Positions 17,614 to 26,578 of a stretch of 41,294 bases of DNA are shown piece by piece. Position 1 is the stretch's first letter. Every line of letters begins with the position of its first letter. This DNA is from Sedimentisphaerales bacterium (lineage in GTDB: Bacteria > Planctomycetota > Phycisphaerae > Sedimentisphaerales > SM23-30). A model generated the notes under the pieces. It worked only from the letters and a program-made list of their open reading frames with translations, was not told the DNA's origin and made no database searches. The stretch is taken from the NCBI GenBank assembly GCA_963663805.2, contig CAXXMR010000033.1:1-41294 (forward strand), written 5' to 3'. The translations under genes and the position numbers were made by a program.

Positions 17614-18191
17614 GTAACCTTCCGGCCAAGTACATCTTGTCTTGTTCTTTAAAAAGTTGATAATGTTGTTCATGATTGATACGGAGGTTGTCATGGGCAA
17701 GCGTTTGGAATCTGAGGTTTCTCGGCGGGAGTTTTGGCGAATGGTGCTGGAAACTCATCAGGCTGGCGGGTTATCGGTTCGGGCTTTTTGTGAGCGGGAG
17801 GGGTTTTCGCAGTCTTCGTTTTACTTCTGGCGGCATTAAGGGAGTCGGGCTTATGCTGATCTTGCCCCCGGCGGTGAAGATTTTCATTTACTCTCAGCCG
17901 ACGGATATGCGTTGCGGTTTTAACAAGCTTTCGATGCTGGCGGAAAACTTCATGCTTCAAGATTCGTTCAGCGTCCATCTGTTTGTGTTCTTCAATAAAC
18001 GCGGCGACAAATGCAAGATTCTTTTCTGGGACCGCACCGGATTTGTCGTTTGGTATAAGCGACTGGAGGCAGGCACGTTCGAGAAACTTCCCGGCAAACA
18101 CAATAAAGCATCAATCGAAGTTGATATTGCCAAGCTGACCTCTGGCTTCATAGGAGGTGTCCGGTGTAGGGCGGAGTGGCCGAAAAGACAC
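17614..18191 (+). mobile_element. Internally deleted IS66-family element (truncated tnpA 17693-17839, truncated tnpB from 17853, no tnpC)
   Basis: Left end GTAACCTTCCGGCCA; right end read inward GTGTCTTTTCGGCCA (11/15 identical). TnpA-like W.......GLSVRAFCEREG....FYFWR, and TnpB-like PTDMRCGFNKL, LFVFFNKR...KILFWDRTGF..WYKRLE.GTF. No 8-bp target duplication is visible. Confidence 0.82.
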
Positions 18192-18195
18192 AGAG

Positions 18196-19653
18196 TCAAA
18201 GCTCAGTTGGATGCCTCTCTTTGAGCTTCTTGATGGCCCAGGTTCTATCGGTCTGGCTTAAATGTTCGAAGTAATCTTTCAGGTGTCCGCGACAATGAAA
18301 CGGGCCACCTTCCCGCATAACCGTCCACATCGGGTCAACCTGCCACTGCATGGATTTCATCATTTCATCGTGCCATTTATTCATGTAATAAACCGCTTGT
18401 TTGCATAGTTCAGGATTGTCCGCGGCGATATTATTCTGCTCGTATGGGTCATTAGTTACATCAAACAGCATTTCTTCGTCGAATAGATGATAACCGTCGT
18501 GATAGCTGCGGACGTAGATATAATCGCCCCAACGTACCGCCCGCTGACAAACATGGGCACACTGACTGAGCACCAGATATTCATGGCCGGATGATTTACC
18601 CCCAGTAATCACTTTGACGTAGGATTCACCGTCAATATCATCGGGTTTTTCCCGTTCCAGTAAATCACAGAGAGTCGGCAGTAAATCGAGATTGTAATGC
18701 AACTCGTTATCCACCAATCCTTTGCCGGCGTCCGGCCAGCGGATTATCATCGGTATCCGACAGGTAAGATTATCGGCTGTTCCATGCTCGCCATAGATTC
18801 CCAGCTCACCCATATTTTCCCCATGGTCAGCGGTAATTATGATTGCCAAATCATCCATAACCCCTTGGGCGGCCAGTGCTTCGAACAATTGTCCGATATG
18901 GCCATCCATATATCTGATGCCGCAATCGTAACCGTCAATCATCCGCCTTAGCGACTGCATATCGGTCACTTCGCCCGGATGACGCGGAAAACGCGGGTCA
19001 GGAATATTGTTGTACATCGATACTTCCCGGGCCCCGTGCGGCCCTACACACTGCTGATGCCGCTTAAGGGTTTCATCTGTCAGCCAGTCCGGTAACGGCT
19101 CATCCGCAAAGGGGTTACCAAAATCAGCCGGGGCACGATAAGGCGTATGGGCATCCCAATAATTGACGTGCAGGCACCAGTTATCATTTTTGGCGTTCTG
19201 CTCAATCCATTTTAACGCGGTCGGGGTAATATCCTCGGCGGACTCCATGCCGCGTTTGCCGGGATTGTACATTTCATCGAATCCGCTGTAGAACCACCAG
19301 GCGGAATGTCTTTCAGCGAAAGGACTTATGGAGACCGTCTTCATGCTGGCACTGCGAATCACCGCTGGTAAACCCTGGCTTTCGATTTTATCCCTGAATC
19401 CCCGATTTTGTCCTTCCAGGCGCATGTCGGCGGCTGTTCCGCCATGTCCTACTGCGCCGGTGTGGATTCCAAATCTGCCCGAAATCAGGGCTGCCCGTGA
19501 AGGTAGACATGGGGCGTCCGAGCAGTAATAATTGTTGAATCTGATGCCCTGGTCGGCAATTTTATCGATATTGGGGGAAGTATTACGCCGATAACCATAA
19601 CAACCGAGATGGTCAGGCCTTAACGTGTCGAGATCGAGAATGAGGATACGCAT
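18196..19653 (-). CDS. Formylglycine-dependent sulfatase (no signal peptide)
   Basis: Start set at ATG 19653 after GGAG. Motifs ILILDLDTLRPDHLGCYG, CLPSRAALISG (CxPxR), DAHTPY and TADHGE. Confidence 0.92.
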   Translation of the reverse strand: MRILILDLDTLRPDHLGCYGYRRNTSPNIDKIADQGIRFNNYYCSDAPCLPSRAALISGRFGIHTGAVGHGGTAADMRLEGQNRGFRDKIESQGLPAVIRSASMKTVSISPFAERHSAWWFYSGFDEMYNPGKRGMESAEDITPTALKWIEQNAKNDNWCLHVNYWDAHTPYRAPADFGNPFADEPLPDWLTDETLKRHQQCVGPHGAREVSMYNNIPDPRFPRHPGEVTDMQSLRRMIDGYDCGIRYMDGHIGQLFEALAAQGVMDDLAIIITADHGENMGELGIYGEHGTADNLTCRIPMIIRWPDAGKGLVDNELHYNLDLLPTLCDLLEREKPDDIDGESYVKVITGGKSSGHEYLVLSQCAHVCQRAVRWGDYIYVRSYHDGYHLFDEEMLFDVTNDPYEQNNIAADNPELCKQAVYYMNKWHDEMMKSMQWQVDPMWTVMREGGPFHCRGHLKDYFEHLSQTDRTWAIKKLKERHPTEL

Positions 19654-20008
19654 AACAAAGCTCCAAAAAGCAGGAATGTATGATGTATATTTACACTGAC
19701 GGTCGTGTTTCTGCAAGCAAAAAGTTTGTTTCACGGATGTTTCAGGGGTTATCTAATAAAAGAGTGCGCATTTGCGTTAAAAAACGCCTTATTTTCGGCG
19801 CGAACTTGGTGGAGAATACCGATTTTTCGAGAAAATTTGGCGTTTTTTTGAAAAAATTTCGAAATAATCGCGTTTTTATCGCCCCAAAACAGTTTTTTTT
19901 GCAATACCAAAGAGATTTTACCGTTGGCCGTTTGTTCGGTTTATTTGACGGGGAGTCTTCGACTGCCTACAATAAAAAGGATATTTATTTATTGCCGGAA
20001 GGTCAGGA

Positions 20009-21493
20009 ATGAATACAAAAATTGGTTTACGCTGGTGCTTATTAATAGCCTGTCTGGGATTTGCTACTGAGGTCCGGGGCGAGGAATTTAAGACCAGATT
20101 TCCGGAAACCCTGGCCGGGCGGGACTTGGTGGATTCAGATGATTACGTATCTGATGAAATTATTGTCAAATTCAAAGACCAAGTTAAATCTTCCAAGCGT
20201 GGTAGTATTATGAAGCGGATGAATCTTTCTGAGTCGCGGCCGGCGAAATCCAAGGCTCGAAAATTTCGTCGTTTTCAGGCCGACAAAGGTCGCGATGTTA
20301 AAAAACTCGTTAAAGAACTCCAGGCAGATGAGAATGTCGAATACGCGGAATTAAACTACAAAGCCCATACCTTCATGGTTCCCAACGATACTTATTATTC
20401 CTATCAGTGGAATTTTTACAATGCAAGCTATGGCGGGGTTCACATGCCCGAGGCCTGGGACATCGAAACAGGGGACACCTCCATAATCGTTGCCGTCATC
20501 GACACCGGCGTCGCTTACGAAAGTTATAATGGCTACGTTAAAGCCCCGGACCTGACAGCTACAAACTTTGTCGCCGGATATAATTTTGTCAATGACACCA
20601 CTCACGCCAACGACGACAACGGCCACGGCACTCACGTCAGCGGCACTATCGCCCAGAGCACCAACAATTATCTGGGCATAGCCGGTATCGCGTTCAATTG
20701 TTCCATTATGCCTGTCAAGGTACTGGATTCTTCCGGCAATGGAAGTTACAGCGACATTGCCGACGCTATTTATTTCGCGGCTGATAACGGTGCCAAGGTT
20801 ATTAACATGAGTCTGGGCGGAGAATACCCATCTTTGACCATGGCCAACGCTCTGGCCTACGCCTACAATCAAGGTGTCACTATTGTTTGTGCCGCGGGCA
20901 ATGACTACTCCAGCGGGAACAATACTCAATATCCGGCAGCGTATAACGATTACTGCATCGCAGTGGGCGCGACCCGCTACGACGAACAGCGTTCGTATTA
21001 TTCCAATACCGGCAGCTATCTCGACATTGCCGCACCCGGCGGTGACGTGACCGTAGACCAGAACAACGACGGTTACGGCGACGGCATACTCCAGCAGACT
21101 TTCGGCCTGGACCCTACGGCTTTTGGCTACTGGTTTTATCAGGGCACTTCGATGGCTACCCCTCACGTGGCTGGTGCGGCTGCCCTACTTGCTTCTAAAG
21201 GCGTAAGCAATCCTGACAAAATCCGTCTGGCCCTGGAAGAATCAGCCGACGATATTGGCGTGGCCGGCTGGGACACTTCTTTTGGGCATGGACTCTTGAA
21301 CGTCGCGTCCGCCCTGAGCTATAAAGTCACCGGCGACGTAAACGGTGACCTGGAAGTTGACCATGAAGACCTGCAAATCATGTCGGGTGAATGGCTGGCG
21401 CAGTCTCCGCCGGCATATACCGCCGACCTCAATGAGGACGGTATCGTAAACCTGCCGGACTTTGCAGCGATTGCTAACAACTGGCTGTTTTGA
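20009..21493 (+). CDS. Secreted S8 (subtilisin-like) serine protease with N-terminal prodomain and C-terminal dockerin-like pair
   Basis: Catalytic triad motifs VAVIDTG, NGHGTHVSG and GTSMATPHV; oxyanion AAGN. Tail GDVNGDLEVDHEDL...WL / ADLNEDGIVNLPDF...WL. Confidence 0.93.
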   Translation: MNTKIGLRWCLLIACLGFATEVRGEEFKTRFPETLAGRDLVDSDDYVSDEIIVKFKDQVKSSKRGSIMKRMNLSESRPAKSKARKFRRFQADKGRDVKKLVKELQADENVEYAELNYKAHTFMVPNDTYYSYQWNFYNASYGGVHMPEAWDIETGDTSIIVAVIDTGVAYESYNGYVKAPDLTATNFVAGYNFVNDTTHANDDNGHGTHVSGTIAQSTNNYLGIAGIAFNCSIMPVKVLDSSGNGSYSDIADAIYFAADNGAKVINMSLGGEYPSLTMANALAYAYNQGVTIVCAAGNDYSSGNNTQYPAAYNDYCIAVGATRYDEQRSYYSNTGSYLDIAAPGGDVTVDQNNDGYGDGILQQTFGLDPTAFGYWFYQGTSMATPHVAGAAALLASKGVSNPDKIRLALEESADDIGVAGWDTSFGHGLLNVASALSYKVTGDVNGDLEVDHEDLQIMSGEWLAQSPPAYTADLNEDGIVNLPDFAAIANNWLF

Positions 21494-21505
21494 TTACAAC
21501 TTCAG

Positions 21506-21602
21506 GAGGGATGAGGCGTTTAAAGAAGGCATGAGGCAAGAGGGATGAGGCAAGAGGGTAACGGCGAGGTGCCGCCTTCGGCGGGGTTTGTTTTTTATTT
21601 TT
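21506..21602 (+). repeat. Short tandem repeat (ATGAGGCAAGAGGG x2 plus a partial copy) followed by a GC hairpin and T-rich tract, probably the terminator of the protease gene
   Basis: Exact 14-mer at 21531-21544 and 21545-21558. CCGCC-TTC-GGCGG at 21572-21584, then a T-rich run. Confidence 0.55.
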
Positions 21603-21940
21603 AAATTTGTTTGGTGGGGGTAAATATGATGGTTGGTGGTCTTATCCGGCCGCTTACGCGGGGCGGGTTTTGTTGTTGGTTGGTGGTAAATTTGGGGGCT
21701 TTTGAAGGGGGAATTTTTGAGGCTTATTTTTGCTCAATTGCTTTTTTGCCTAAATATAGCGTCAAGCTAATTTTATGCGATTGCCCTGGTGTCGGTCATA
21801 AAATGCTTGCCATCTTAGGATTAGCTATTACAATTGACTGGGAATAGTATGATTAGGGAGAGTTGTACCTGGACCGCAGCTCGTAACATTTGTAACACAA
21901 ACAACCTAAATAAATATAACTGCTTATTTTGGAGTATTTT

Positions 21941-24427
21941 ATGAGTTTGAGAAACGTTCATTTGGTTTGCAACGCCCACCTTGACCCTGTTTGGCTTTGG
22001 GAATGGGAAGAGGGAGCCGCCGAGGCCATGAGTACTTTTCGGACGGCGGCTGAGCTTTGTGAAAAAAATGACAATTTTATTTTTAACCATAATGAAGTTA
22101 TTCTCTATGAGTGGATTCTTGAGTATGAACCGGCCCTTTTCAAGCGTATCCAGAAACTGGTCAAGGCTGGCAAATGGCATATTATGGGCGGCTGGTATCT
22201 TCAGCCCGACTGCAATATGCCCAGCGGCGAAAGTTTCGTGAGGCAGATTCAGACCGGGCAGCGTTTTTTCAAGAAACATTTCGGTGCCGTAAATAAAACC
22301 GCTATCAATTTCGACCCCTTTGGCCACAGTCGCGGTCTGGTCCAGATTCTGGCTAAGTGCGGCTTTGATTCTTACGTTTTCGGTCGGCCTACCCCGGAGT
22401 GGCTTGAACTGCCCAACGATGATTTTATCTGGGTCGGATTTGACGGTTCGGAAATCATGGGTTCGCGGTTCCGCGGCTGGTACAATACCCGCCTCGGCAA
22501 GGCCCGTGAAGGTATCGAAGAACGCATGGATAAATTCGCTGACTGTGACCCGCTTTTCGTTCTTTGGGGAGTAGGTAATCACGGCGGCGGTCCCTCACGT
22601 CATGACCTCAAAGAAGTCAACAAACTGATTAAAGAGCGTAAAGATTGCAATATCATACATTCCACGCCTGAAGCCTATTTCAAAGAGCTCCAAAAGAATG
22701 CCTCAAAACTTCCCAAATGGTCCAATGACCTGACCCCCTGGGCCACCGGATGCTACACCTCTCAGATTCGCGTTAAGCAAAAGCATCGCCAGCTCGAAAA
22801 CGAATTATTCGCCGTAGAAAAGATGTCCGCCGCGGCCTGGGTGACGGGTTTACAGAAATGGCCCGAAGCGGAGTTGGAACAGGCCGAGAAAGACCTTCTT
22901 GTCTGCGAATTCCACGACATCCTGCCCGGCTCATCTATCGCGCCGGCAGAGGAAGCGGCGATCAGAGGAATGGACCACGGTCTGGAAATTCTCTCCCGGC
23001 TCAAAGCCCGCACCTTCTTCGCACTGGCATCAGGCCAGCGTAAAGCCCGCGCAGGGGAAATTCCGGTATTGGTATACAACCCCCACCCATTCACTATCAG
23101 CAAAGATGTGGAATGTGAACTGCATCTGGCGGACCAGCGTACCGACGGGACATTCGCTCAGGTACACCTGGCTGAAAATGGCAAAGAACTGCCCTGCCAG
23201 GTTGAACAGGAAATCAGTAATATCCCCATCGACTGGCGTAAAAGAATCGCCTTCCAGGCAGAGCTCAAGCCCGGTATGAACCGCTTCGATTGCACCCTGG
23301 AGATTCTCAAGAGCAAACCGGCATTCAAACTGGCAAAACGTAATGATAAAATAACCTTCACGAGCAGCGACCTGGAACTCGTCATCAACACCCGCACGGG
23401 TTTGGTTGACAAATACCTTGTCAACGGCACAAATCAGGTTGCTCCCAAGGCCTTCGAACCGCTTGCGATCCATGATGACGAAGATCCGTGGGGCATGAGA
23501 CCATGGGGCTATAACAAGGTCGCCGGCAGATTCAAACTCGCCACTCGTAAGCGTGCCGGCTTACTGGCTGGTCTGGAAAATAAACCGCTCGATGCCGTAA
23601 GAGTAATAGAAGACGGCCCCGTACGCAGTATCGTCGAAGCCATTTTTGAATATGGTGACTCTCATATTTGCCAGCGTTACAAAATGCCCAAGAAAGGCAC
23701 TGAATTTGAAGTCGAGACCAGAGTTTACTGGAACGAAAAGAACCGTATGCTTAAACTGAGCGTTCCTGTCCCCGGTTCGCAATGTGAATATTTGGGCCAG
23801 ACCGCCTATGGGGTACAGAAACTGCCCGATAACGGCAATGAAGCCGTCGCCCAGAAATGGACTGCCGTGGTCGATACGGCATCCCAGCAGGCACTGACCT
23901 GCATCAACGACGGCATCTACGGTTCGGACTTCTCCGCTAAGGGGCTGCGTCTTACGCTCCTGCGTTCCCCGGCGTATTCAGCGCACCCCACCGGCGACCT
24001 GGAAATCACACCTCCAGACAGATTCACGCCGCGCATCGACCAGGGCGAAAGGCTTTTCCGCTTCTGGTTCAACGGCGGCGGCTCAACCGAAAGACTCAAA
24101 CTGATTGACCGCGAGGCCCTGGCCCGCAACGAGAAACCCCTGGCCCTGTCATTCTTCCCCAGTGGTCAGGGCGGCAAAATCAAACCCTTGGCTCTGCTTA
24201 GCGATGAGGTAATCCAGATTGCCGCGGCCCGGCAGTCGGATAAAGGCAGTGATATTATCCTGCGGCTATTTGAGCCGACCGGCAGAAAGAGAAAAACCAC
24301 TCTTACCCTGCCGACCATCAACAAAAAGATTAAACTCGAACTTAATCCCTTCGAGATTAAAACCCTGAAGATTAACCCCCGCAGCGGTAAATGTCAGGAA
24401 ACCAATTTACTTGAAAATGCCAAATAA
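21941..24427 (+). CDS. Glycoside hydrolase family 38 alpha-mannosidase
   Basis: HLVCNAHLDPVWLW, PSGESFVRQ, DPFGHS, GVGNHGGGP, GCYTS and EFHDILPGS. GGAG precedes ATG 21941. Confidence 0.93.
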   Translation: MSLRNVHLVCNAHLDPVWLWEWEEGAAEAMSTFRTAAELCEKNDNFIFNHNEVILYEWILEYEPALFKRIQKLVKAGKWHIMGGWYLQPDCNMPSGESFVRQIQTGQRFFKKHFGAVNKTAINFDPFGHSRGLVQILAKCGFDSYVFGRPTPEWLELPNDDFIWVGFDGSEIMGSRFRGWYNTRLGKAREGIEERMDKFADCDPLFVLWGVGNHGGGPSRHDLKEVNKLIKERKDCNIIHSTPEAYFKELQKNASKLPKWSNDLTPWATGCYTSQIRVKQKHRQLENELFAVEKMSAAAWVTGLQKWPEAELEQAEKDLLVCEFHDILPGSSIAPAEEAAIRGMDHGLEILSRLKARTFFALASGQRKARAGEIPVLVYNPHPFTISKDVECELHLADQRTDGTFAQVHLAENGKELPCQVEQEISNIPIDWRKRIAFQAELKPGMNRFDCTLEILKSKPAFKLAKRNDKITFTSSDLELVINTRTGLVDKYLVNGTNQVAPKAFEPLAIHDDEDPWGMRPWGYNKVAGRFKLATRKRAGLLAGLENKPLDAVRVIEDGPVRSIVEAIFEYGDSHICQRYKMPKKGTEFEVETRVYWNEKNRMLKLSVPVPGSQCEYLGQTAYGVQKLPDNGNEAVAQKWTAVVDTASQQALTCINDGIYGSDFSAKGLRLTLLRSPAYSAHPTGDLEITPPDRFTPRIDQGERLFRFWFNGGGSTERLKLIDREALARNEKPLALSFFPSGQGGKIKPLALLSDEVIQIAAARQSDKGSDIILRLFEPTGRKRKTTLTLPTINKKIKLELNPFEIKTLKINPRSGKCQETNLLENAK

Positions 24428-24504
24428 CCGTAAATCATTTTCTATAAGGCAAGTGTTAAAAGACCGGTATTAGTCACTACAGGAACCTAATGAGGTAAGC
24501 AGAA

Positions 24505-24930
24505 ATGGCAAACCCGACGAACAAAAAAGGTTTTACGATTATCGAAGTTCTGGTGGTAATCCTGCTCATTTCCCTGCTGGCGGCGTTTATCGTGCCCCAA
24601 TACATCGGTAAAGCCGAGGCCGCCAAGCCCAAAATAGCCAAAGCCGGTATTGCTATGCTGGAGCTTCACCTTAGCGCCTTTATGCTTGATTGCGGGCGTT
24701 ATCCCCAGCCCAGCGAATGGCCCACAGCCCTGCGCAGCCCTCCGCCGGGCCTGGTCGAAAAATGGAAAGGGCCCTACGGCAAGGAAAGTCATCTGCTCGA
24801 CCCCTGGAGCCATCCTTACCAATACGTTCTGCCCGGCAAGAAGAACCCGCAGGGATTCGACATCGTCAGCTATGGGGCTGACGGCAAACCGGGCGGCGAA
24901 GCCGAAAACGCCGACATCTACAACGATTAA
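24505..24930 (+). CDS. gspG: Type II secretion major pseudopilin GspG
   Basis: G|FTIIEVLVV prepilin site, LDCGRYP, WKGPY, DPWSHPYQY and SYGADGKPGGE..NADI. Confidence 0.92.
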   Translation: MANPTNKKGFTIIEVLVVILLISLLAAFIVPQYIGKAEAAKPKIAKAGIAMLELHLSAFMLDCGRYPQPSEWPTALRSPPPGLVEKWKGPYGKESHLLDPWSHPYQYVLPGKKNPQGFDIVSYGADGKPGGEAENADIYND

Positions 24931-24941
24931 AGGGGCTAATC

Positions 24942-25508
24942 GTGCTTAACAAGTCATTCAGAGCGGCTTTTACCATTGTCGAACTGCTTCTGGTGGTAAT
25001 GATCGTGGCACTTTCCAGCACGTATGTCGCGTTCGAAATCTACTCCAGCATACAGCAAACGTCTCTGCGGGCCGAAAGCCAACGTCTATTGCAAACCGCC
25101 CGCTACGCTCGTGTTATCGCCCTGCGTGAGCATGTGACCTGCCGCCTGCACATCGACCTGACGGGCCGAACTTACCGTCTCAGCGTCATACCGACCGACA
25201 TACCGGTTGATAAAAATCACGAGCCGGTTTCACCTGTCATCGTTGCCGACTCCATGTCGAGCCCGCATATTCTGGCAGAGGAATTACGCTTCAAAAGGGC
25301 TCAGGCGGGACCGGGCCTGGCTTACCAGGGCAGCGAAGTGGTTATTAAATTTTACCCCGACGGTACGGCGGACGCTTCTTTTGTGCAAATTTTCGGCAAA
25401 AATGATGCTGTATGTTCGATTTTGGTTTTCCCCGCCACGGGACGTGCGGAAATGCGCAACGCCGCCGTAAATGAGCTACCTGTAGACAGCGTAAAAGTTT
25501 CCGGTTAA
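24942..25508 (+). CDS. GspH/FimT-like minor pseudopilin
   Basis: A|FTIVELLLVVMIVAL, ARYAR..A and IKFYPDGTA. Lies directly after gspG. Confidence 0.75.
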   Translation: MLNKSFRAAFTIVELLLVVMIVALSSTYVAFEIYSSIQQTSLRAESQRLLQTARYARVIALREHVTCRLHIDLTGRTYRLSVIPTDIPVDKNHEPVSPVIVADSMSSPHILAEELRFKRAQAGPGLAYQGSEVVIKFYPDGTADASFVQIFGKNDAVCSILVFPATGRAEMRNAAVNELPVDSVKVSG

Positions 25509-25548
25509 AGGAGTTGAGCCTCAGATTAGTGCGAGGCGAACCCTGTGT

Positions 25549-26148
25549 TTATTCTTCGGTCAACCCCATTTTCAAGGCCAGACGCACCAGTTCAGCAAAA
25601 TTTTTGGTGCCCAGCTTATCCATAATATTTCTGCGATGGTCCTCGATTGTACGTGAGGAACGACAGGTTTTTTGGGCAATTTCCTGATTGTTTTCACCAC
25701 CGACCAGCATTTTCAGAATTTTGATTTCCATAGAAGTAAAATTAACCTCGGAAAACATTTTAATGCCACCCCCTTCAGCCCCGTACAACTTGTCGATGGT
25801 CTTCATGAGCAGGTCAAGATTTAGAGGTTTCTCCAGATAATCGACCGCGCCGGCCTTTACCGCCTGCACCGCCTGATGAGTGCCGGGATTGCCGCTGACA
25901 CAGATAATCGGCAATAATGGATATAGGGATTTTATCTTTCGAAATGCTGCCAAGCCATCGCAACTGCCTTCCTTCAAATCAATTACAAGCACATCCACGG
26001 GCCATTCCTGCAAACTGGCCAGACAATCCTTTACCTTCAGGAAACAGGTGATACTGATACCCCGCTTCTCCAGAGACCGATTGACCGTGTCACAACTGTC
26101 AAAGTCGCTGTCCAGATAGAAAATGTTTACCGTGCTTTCTACCATCAT
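25549..26148 (-). CDS. FixJ/LuxR-family response regulator (REC + LuxR HTH)
   Basis: VLVIDL, AVQAVKAGAVDYLEKP, and NQEIAQ...S.RTIEDHRRNIMDKLG...AELVR. Confidence 0.9.
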   Translation of the reverse strand: MMVESTVNIFYLDSDFDSCDTVNRSLEKRGISITCFLKVKDCLASLQEWPVDVLVIDLKEGSCDGLAAFRKIKSLYPLLPIICVSGNPGTHQAVQAVKAGAVDYLEKPLNLDLLMKTIDKLYGAEGGGIKMFSEVNFTSMEIKILKMLVGGENNQEIAQKTCRSSRTIEDHRRNIMDKLGTKNFAELVRLALKMGLTEE

Positions 26149-26578
26149 CCCGCCAGATTGCCGTCATAAAACCAGCAAAACGAAAATTCTCGTGTTAATA
26201 TTCCTCTGGTTATTAATACCAACCACACAATTGCCCCGCAGGGCCGGGAACCCCTAAACAGAGAGGCCCCCTGCACTTGGTAAAACCACAGGACGACTTT
26301 TCGAGTATAGGCCGCCCAATAACTAAAATCAACCATAAACCAGCGTTTTTTAATTGGGATTTCAAAAAAGGGGGTAGGCAAACTAGTTTTTCCGACCTAA
26401 AATCAACATACGGCAGCTTCCCTAAATAATTAATTTGGGATGCGAAAAAAGTTTTTTGATTTTTTTACTATTTAGTCCAGTTTCTGATTGACCCTGACCA
26501 AAAACAAGATATAAATCCCCCATACTTGGGAACCTGTTATCCTCGGTTAAGCATCGGCTTTCTTTATAAGGAGCTGTC

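Noticed and set aside
19680..20012. 110-aa ORF between the sulfatase and the protease
   Set aside because: Lies in an A/T-tract-rich divergent promoter region, with an F/K-rich translation typical of non-coding DNA.
21506..21558. Tandem ATGAGGCAAGAGGG repeats as a CRISPR array
   Set aside because: Only two adjacent 14-mers and a partial copy, with no spacers and no cas genes.
20351..22582. Long minus-strand ORFs 20351-21166 and 21821-22582, and similar shadow ORFs throughout
   Set aside because: They are antisense to well-supported genes (S8 protease, GH38) and have no recognisable motifs.
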